Shown here: positions 58,462 through 64,000 of the stretch, one piece after another
Layout: the number at the start of each line of letters is the position of its first letter
Numbering within the stretch: the stretch's first letter is position 1
IMG/VR virus record: IMGVR_UViG_3300042923_001406
Reading direction: 5' to 3' (one strand)
Source: an uncultured virus (IMG/VR IMGVR_UViG_3300042923_001406)
Lineage: Duplodnaviria > Heunggongvirae > Uroviricota > Caudoviricetes
DNA length: 64,000 bases
Translations under genes and position numbers: made by a program
The notes under the pieces: model-generated
Databases searched by the model: none
Seen by the model: only the letters and a program-made list of their open reading frames with translations
Told to the model about the DNA's origin: nothing

Positions 58462-59571
58462 TTGAATAATATAGACAAGTTCATAATAGCAAGATGGGCT
58501 TATGCAATAGGAGAAGAGTTCATAGGAGATTATGAGTACAAGAGATTAGAAGATGAAATAACTAAAAATAATTTATTACCAGAGTATACTAATAGAACTT
58601 GGTCTGATGATCTGTGTCCTATAGATTTATTAAATGAATATAACTTAAATGAATATATAGTACCATTCATATTTAATTATAGCACAGAATCTATAGAAAG
58701 TTTAAATACACCTGAGTTAGTAAAAGAGAAATTTCTTAGTTTAAATAAAAGAACTAGATTATCTTTTAAATTAGATGGATGGTCATTAAGATTAAATTAT
58801 TTTAATGGTAAATTAGTATTAGCAAATACAAGAAATAGAAATGGTGGTAAATCTATAAACTTAAGTAATATAATTTCTTTATTTTGTAAAGAAATACCTA
58901 TAATGGGTAAAGTATTAATAACAGGAGAGCTTTATATTAAGAGTATAAGATGGGAAAATTACAAGATATTAAGAGGAAATGTTTCTCAAAGAAATGCAGT
59001 TTCTACAGCAGTTGCTAATGGGGATATTGAATTTTTAGGATATAAATGTTATAATATATATTATGATGATTTAGAACATGATATAGATAAATATTCTAAA
59101 ATTTTAGATTTAAATATTGGTACACCTAAATATTTATATGTTAATAATTATAATGAATTAATTAATGGTATAAATATTTTAGGAAAACAAAAAGATTTTT
59201 ATGATGCTCCGTCTGATGGTTTAGTTGCAGAAAATTCATCAATGCAATTTGCTATAAGAATAGGTGCTTGGAAAGAAGAAATAAATAAGTCTTATGTAAC
59301 AGGATATAATATAAATAGAGGTATGTACAATAATTCATTATTAGTTTCAATAAGGCCTATTAAATTAGAAAATAAAACAGTAAGTGAAATACCTGTTACT
59401 AATATTCAAACAATTATAGATAATAATTTAAGAATAGGATACCCTATAGCTTTTTCCGAAGTAAGTGCTGTTAACTCAATAATAGATACAACTAAAACTG
59501 AAGAAATGCAATATCTTTATAATGGTAGATATGATGAATATGCAAAAGAAATAGATGAATTATATAAATAA
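58462..59571 (+). CDS. ligA: Minimal NAD-dependent DNA ligase (Ia + adenylation + OB domains only)
   Basis: AYAIGEEFIGDYEYKRL (domain Ia), KLDG, ANTR, TGELY, QRNAVS, SDGLV; 369 aa, no Zn finger/HhH/BRCT. Confidence 0.8.
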   Translation: MNNIDKFIIARWAYAIGEEFIGDYEYKRLEDEITKNNLLPEYTNRTWSDDLCPIDLLNEYNLNEYIVPFIFNYSTESIESLNTPELVKEKFLSLNKRTRLSFKLDGWSLRLNYFNGKLVLANTRNRNGGKSINLSNIISLFCKEIPIMGKVLITGELYIKSIRWENYKILRGNVSQRNAVSTAVANGDIEFLGYKCYNIYYDDLEHDIDKYSKILDLNIGTPKYLYVNNYNELINGINILGKQKDFYDAPSDGLVAENSSMQFAIRIGAWKEEINKSYVTGYNINRGMYNNSLLVSIRPIKLENKTVSEIPVTNIQTIIDNNLRIGYPIAFSEVSAVNSIIDTTKTEEMQYLYNGRYDEYAKEIDELYK

Positions 59572-59923
59572 GGGGATGTTATTTATGGATGATATTAGAA
59601 AAAATAGACATAGAAAATCATTAGAATATGCCTTAAAAATCTTATTAGACAAAGAGTATAATAAATATATTTTATCCATATACTTATATGGAAGTTGTGC
59701 TAGAGCAGAACAGAAGTATAATTCTGATGTAGATTTATTTATATTTATAACAGAAGATATGGATAGAAAAGTTTATAATAAACTTAAAAGTGATATATCT
59801 CCAGAATACTTAGGATTACCTATAGTCGATTTACATTGTAGTAAATCTGATAAGTTTAGTGATGTTAACTTATTTAATAAAAATTTAAAGAAGGAGTCAG
59901 AACTTTTATGGGAAAGAAGTTAG
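59555..59923 (+). CDS. Minimal nucleotidyltransferase (MNT)
   Basis: YLYGSCARAEQKYNSDVDL (GSx10DxD). Confidence 0.9.
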   Translation: MNYINKGMLFMDDIRKNRHRKSLEYALKILLDKEYNKYILSIYLYGSCARAEQKYNSDVDLFIFITEDMDRKVYNKLKSDISPEYLGLPIVDLHCSKSDKFSDVNLFNKNLKKESELLWERS

Positions 59924-60411
59924 ATTATTTATTTTATGCTGAAGACGATTATAGATATGTAAAAGAAGTTATTAAGACAGGTTTAGTATTTAATGGTATT
60001 TGTCATAATTCTCAAAATATTTGTGAGAAGTATTTAAAACATATAATAGATATTAATGACTTAGATGACTTAGAAGTTATGAGAACACATTCCTTAAAAG
60101 TTTTATACAAATTTATTAAAAATAATATTAAAGATTTTAAATGTAATTGGGACACTATTCTTAAAGTAGATGGTTATTATTTTCAAGTTAAATATCCTGG
60201 AGATAATTCATTTACAGCAGACGAAGAAGACATTAAGAAATCATGGGATGCTGTAGTTGAAACTAGAAATTCAGTGTTAAATTATTTAAAGACTTTTAAG
60301 ATAAGTAATAAAGAGGATATAATTAAAGGTATAGATGATTTTATTGAACAGTTAAGGGAAACTAGTTTAAAAGATGCATTATCAAAAGATTTTGATAGTA
60401 ATATTGAATAA
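59908..60411 (+). CDS. HEPN domain protein (partner of the MNT)
   Basis: AEDDY, HNSQNICEKYLK, RTHSL..L, YYFQVKYP; overlaps the MNT gene. Confidence 0.85.
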   Translation: MGKKLDYLFYAEDDYRYVKEVIKTGLVFNGICHNSQNICEKYLKHIIDINDLDDLEVMRTHSLKVLYKFIKNNIKDFKCNWDTILKVDGYYFQVKYPGDNSFTADEEDIKKSWDAVVETRNSVLNYLKTFKISNKEDIIKGIDDFIEQLRETSLKDALSKDFDSNIE

Positions 60412-60440
60412 TATACAAATGATTTAATAGGAGTGTTAAA

Positions 60441-61814
60441 ATGAGTGAAAAAATATACGGTATAGATTTAGGGACTACTAATTCTCTTATAGGATGTGAA
60501 GGTAAATTAATAACAGGATTAGTATCTTCTAAAATAAATATATCTAACAGAACTAATGTTTCAAGTGATAAAGTTGGTGAAGATATATTTGGTTCTTATA
60601 AAGTAGATATGGGGTTAGGAGAAGAAGGAATATTTTCTATAGATGCTTCTTCAATTACTTTAAAAACTTTAGCTAATATGGTTAAAGATAAAACTAATGA
60701 AATTGTTAAAGATGTAGTTATTTCAGTTCCAGCTTATTTTTCTTCTAATCAAAGAACAGCAGTTAGAATATCAGCTGAAAAAGCAGGATTAAATTTAATA
60801 AGTGTAATAAATGAACCTACAGCAGCAGCCTTAAAAATATGTGGAGTACAGGATGATGGTAAGATTAGAAGAGATGTTTTTATAGTATATGATTTAGGTG
60901 GTGGTACCTTTGATTGTACAGTAATAGATTCACGTTCAGGAAAATATCATGTTGTAGGAACAGATGGTTGTATACTAGGTGGTGATAATTTAGATAGAAA
61001 TATAGCAGAATATATTATGAATAAATTAAAAATACCTATATATAAAAGAACTACTATATTAATATCTGAATTAATAGAAGAATGTAAAAAATGGAAAATA
61101 CAAATGCAACAAAATTATAATATATTTAAAGATGATAAACATTATGAAACAATAGTAATACCTAAAGATTTTAATTCAGATATATGTATTAATATAACAT
61201 TAGGCGATTATAAAAAATTTGTTAGAGATACATTTGGTAAAACTGTATCTATAATAACTAATTTAATAAATAGTAAAATACCTAATGGGACTGATTATAA
61301 AGTAGTTTTTGTTGGAGGTTCAACTCATTGTAATTATTTATGTAGTTATGTATTAGAAGAGTCTAATATTCCTTATAATAAAGCCGAATTTGATAGAACT
61401 CCAGATTATACAGTGGCACTTGGTGTAGTTATGTATGCTGACTTAATAAAGAAAGGAAACGGTGATATAGAATTTAAAGATGTCACTAAACAATTATCAA
61501 TAGCAGATAGTAATGGTAATGCTATTGTAATAATACCTGCTAATACTAACATACCTTGTTCAAAAACAAAGATATTAACTAATCCAGTAGATGCTAATAT
61601 ATTAAATGTTAGACTGTATCAAGGTAATTCTCTAATATCTAAAAATAATGAATATATTGGAAGTTTAGAGTACAAATATGAAAGATTTATGAAAGCAAAA
61701 GAAGGTGACGTTGAAGTTACTATTAATGTTGATATGGGTGGTTTTATAACATTAGAAGTTATAGATTTTATTAATTTTGGAGAAAAGAAATCTATAACTT
61801 TAAGAGGATTTTAA
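60441..61814 (+). CDS. Hsp70/DnaK-family protein, shortened (457 aa)
   Basis: GIDLGTTNS, VISVPAYF, INEPTAAA, YDLGGGTFD, LGGDNLD, VGGST, YQG; ends before the helical lid. Confidence 0.9.
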   Translation: MSEKIYGIDLGTTNSLIGCEGKLITGLVSSKINISNRTNVSSDKVGEDIFGSYKVDMGLGEEGIFSIDASSITLKTLANMVKDKTNEIVKDVVISVPAYFSSNQRTAVRISAEKAGLNLISVINEPTAAALKICGVQDDGKIRRDVFIVYDLGGGTFDCTVIDSRSGKYHVVGTDGCILGGDNLDRNIAEYIMNKLKIPIYKRTTILISELIEECKKWKIQMQQNYNIFKDDKHYETIVIPKDFNSDICINITLGDYKKFVRDTFGKTVSIITNLINSKIPNGTDYKVVFVGGSTHCNYLCSYVLEESNIPYNKAEFDRTPDYTVALGVVMYADLIKKGNGDIEFKDVTKQLSIADSNGNAIVIIPANTNIPCSKTKILTNPVDANILNVRLYQGNSLISKNNEYIGSLEYKYERFMKAKEGDVEVTINVDMGGFITLEVIDFINFGEKKSITLRGF

Positions 61815-61815
61815 T

Positions 61816-62136
61816 ATGTTTATAGGTTCTTATAAAATTGATATAGACTATCTTAAAAGAATATATAGAAAACCAGAACTAGTAAAAGAATATTCAAATT
61901 CTTTAATACCAAAAGAATTCGTTCATATAAAAGAATTAAGAGATAATCAATTATATTATATATGTATGAGTTTAAGAAAAATAGGTATATTAGATTACAA
62001 AGAACTAAATGAATCAATAAATATAATATTAAAAGGATTAAGGATAACAGGATATGCTGATGAATTAATAGAAGTTTCTGTTATATATAATTTAATAAAT
62101 AAAGATAAATTAGACGTATATTTGGAAAGGTTGTGA
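61816..62136 (+). CDS. Hypothetical protein
   Basis: GAGG RBS. Confidence 0.65.
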   Translation: MFIGSYKIDIDYLKRIYRKPELVKEYSNSLIPKEFVHIKELRDNQLYYICMSLRKIGILDYKELNESINIILKGLRITGYADELIEVSVIYNLINKDKLDVYLERL

Positions 62137-62666
62137 ATTGTTTGGACAAAGAAGAGTTAAAGTTTCAATATAAAGTTAAAAATAGATATAGTATTTATGA
62201 GGATTTAGAATTTGTAAGAATTATATTAAATAGAGTTAAAGAATTAACGGATATAAATGAAACTATATTTGAATCTTATAATGAATTAAACAAATTATCA
62301 GAAGAAATTAATAGTTTATTAATAAGTCTTAATGAAGATGAAGATAAAGAAACAGAATTAAGACATAAAATGACGGTATGTTATTTTGCTTTAGAAAATT
62401 ATATGTCATATTTTTATAAAGATTATAAAGACAGTATAAATTTAAAAAAGAAAATAAATAAATTAGCATTTCAATATTTAGATTCAAGATCACCTATAGT
62501 TAAAAGTAAACAATTATTAGACCAATCATTTATGCCTTATGAATTTATAGATACATTAAGATTATTAAATGAAGGTACAAAGTATATAGGATTTAAATTA
62601 ATTGATAGAGAAGATATTATATTAGATAATCTAATTGATAGATTAAATGATATAACATGGATATAA
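62133..62666 (+). CDS. Hypothetical protein
   Basis: GTGA overlap with the previous gene. Confidence 0.65.
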   Translation: MNCLDKEELKFQYKVKNRYSIYEDLEFVRIILNRVKELTDINETIFESYNELNKLSEEINSLLISLNEDEDKETELRHKMTVCYFALENYMSYFYKDYKDSINLKKKINKLAFQYLDSRSPIVKSKQLLDQSFMPYEFIDTLRLLNEGTKYIGFKLIDREDIILDNLIDRLNDITWI

Positions 62667-63097
62667 AATCATTAAAAGAAGAGATGCAATTTATAACAAA
62701 TACAATAACTGATGATTTAGAATATTTATTGTATCTCTTATTAAAAGATGGTTTAGATAAAGACAAACCTAATATAGTTGAATCTGATATAAAAGAAGAG
62801 ATTAATTTAAATTCTGTATTTATAGAAAATTGGTTTAATAGTTTATAAGAAGGTGATATTATTAAAGATAAAATAAAAGAAATAGCTTTAATAAAATATG
62901 ACAACTTTATTAAAGAAAAAGAACAAATAAATTCAAATGAATTATTTGAATTACCTACTATAATATTAGTAGGTTACATATTAAGAAATTATTCTAAAAC
63001 ACCAAAAATATCAATTTCTAAAGAATTTCTAAAAAATAATATATCTTATGAAAAATATAAAGAAGTAAGAATGTTATTAAGTATTTTAGATAATTAA
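62657..63097 (+). pseudogene. Hypothetical gene interrupted by one in-frame TAA at 62846-62848
   Basis: The same frame stays open for 82 further codons (EGDIIKDKIKEIA...MLLSILDN) to TAA at 63095-63097, just before the next RBS. Confidence 0.65.
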
Positions 63098-63122
63098 CTA
63101 AGGAGAAAGGAAAAGTTTTACT

Positions 63123-64000
63123 ATGGGTTTTTATAATAAAAATTTATTTTTGAGATTACCAAACAAGATGGCTATTATTGATACTTTAGAAAGAACAGGT
63201 GAACCTAATTCAGAATCTTTTTCACCTTACGTTGGGATGAATTATTTAATAACAGCACAAATGATAGGACCTAAATATGGTAATGTAAATTTTGATATTA
63301 TAAAAGAATATATAATATCAACTAGAAATGATTTTAAACCAGATAAAATTAAAGGTCAAATAGATTATAAATCTAGAGAAGATAGTAATGATTTTGAAAG
63401 TTCAAAGAAAGATAACTATGAGATTTTTTTAGAAAATATAGATGAACGATATATAACAGATTCACTAAAAAGTATGTTAATTGGTATGAAATTAAATTAT
63501 AAAAATGATATTAATTTAGCAGCAAATGCTACTTTAAAAGTACAAGCCGACATGTATGACAAAGAGACAGGAAAACCATTTAATCAGTCTGATGTATATG
63601 TAGAAGATTTATCTCACAAGGATGTATATAATAGACATGAGTTAAGAAGTAGATTAGCTTTTTTACTTAAAAAGTTACAAGATGGTTCTAAGCAATTTGG
63701 TATTTCCTTATTATCTATGTTTGCAGCTTTAGATGGTATTAGAAGTTTAAAAGGACCTTATGAAGATATAAAACCAAATGAGATATTACAATTTCCTATT
63801 TATAACGTAAATTCAAATGGTGATTTAACATCTAAAGTAGACCCATTAAGTGCTAATGCTACAAGAAAGTTTATAAATGCTAAAAATTTAATATTAGGAT
63901 TACCATATGATTCAAAAGATAAAGATAATAATAATTTAGCAAAATATTACTCTTTGTATTATAATACTGGTATAAGATTAATAAATACAATAAAAGAATT
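63123..64000 (+). CDS. Hypothetical protein, 3'-truncated by the window edge (not in the ORF track)
   Basis: AAGGAG/AAGG upstream; MGFYNKNLFLRLPNKMAIIDTLERTGEP... open to the end of the window. Confidence 0.75.
   Translation, partial: MGFYNKNLFLRLPNKMAIIDTLERTGEPNSESFSPYVGMNYLITAQMIGPKYGNVNFDIIKEYIISTRNDFKPDKIKGQIDYKSREDSNDFESSKKDNYEIFLENIDERYITDSLKSMLIGMKLNYKNDINLAANATLKVQADMYDKETGKPFNQSDVYVEDLSHKDVYNRHELRSRLAFLLKKLQDGSKQFGISLLSMFAALDGIRSLKGPYEDIKPNEILQFPIYNVNSNGDLTSKVDPLSANATRKFINAKNLILGLPYDSKDKDNNNLAKYYSLYYNTGIRLINTIKE

Larger units (their letters stand above)
1..64000 (+). mobile_element. Segment of a large, probably conjugative extrachromosomal element (megaplasmid-like) from a low-GC Bacillota host
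   Basis: T4SS-like ATPase, Tad pilus, own replication genes, diverged RNAP, TA-like pair and many hypotheticals; no ribosomal protein, rRNA or metabolic genes; all genes co-oriented; GGAGG RBSs. Confidence 0.7.

Noticed and set aside
60441..61814. Canonical dnaK heat-shock operon
   Set aside because: No hrcA, grpE, dnaJ or CIRCE element seen, and the protein is much shorter than DnaK
62846..62848. Stop-codon reassignment
   Set aside because: TAA is the usual terminator throughout the window and all long genes read cleanly in code 11; one case is better explained by mutation or error
260..62904. All minus-strand ORFs in the track (e.g. 1570..1899, 16006..16404, 56634..56951)
   Set aside because: Short, lie wholly or mostly antisense to long + strand genes, and show the Leu/Ile/Ser/Phe bias of shadow frames in AT-rich DNA
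1..64000. tRNA, rRNA or other structured RNA genes
   Set aside because: Intergenic gaps are nearly all under about 110 bp and no GC-rich cloverleaf or rRNA-like stretch was seen

Overview
Very AT-rich (roughly 20-25% GC by eye), gene-dense window. Every credible gene is on the + strand, with GGAGG/AGGAG ribosome-binding sites typical of Bacillota. It reads as part of a large extrachromosomal or mobile element, probably a conjugative megaplasmid, rather than a core chromosome or a recognisable phage. Modules in order: (i) about 2.8-21 kb, a Gram-positive-type conjugation/T4SS-like block with large membrane proteins, a VirB4-like ATPase and three cell-wall-enzyme candidates; (ii) about 23.7-29.6 kb, a replication/repair block (DnaC-like loader, RNase H, DnaB-like helicase, primase-type CHC2 zinc finger, RuvC-like nuclease); (iii) about 29.7-47.2 kb, a Tad/Flp pilus locus (CpaB, ParA/CpaE-like protein, TadA, fused TadB/C, six pilin-like genes, a 2185-aa Cys/His-rich adhesin); (iv) about 47.7-56.6 kb, a highly diverged bacterial-type multisubunit RNA polymerase (unsplit beta, unsplit beta-prime with NADFDGD, and a probable alpha-NTD-only subunit); (v) M23 peptidase, minimal NAD-dependent ligase, MNT-HEPN pair and a stripped-down Hsp70. 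The standout is an apparently self-transmissible element carrying its own remodelled cellular-type RNA polymerase. All family assignments come from motif recognition by eye; no database searches were run.
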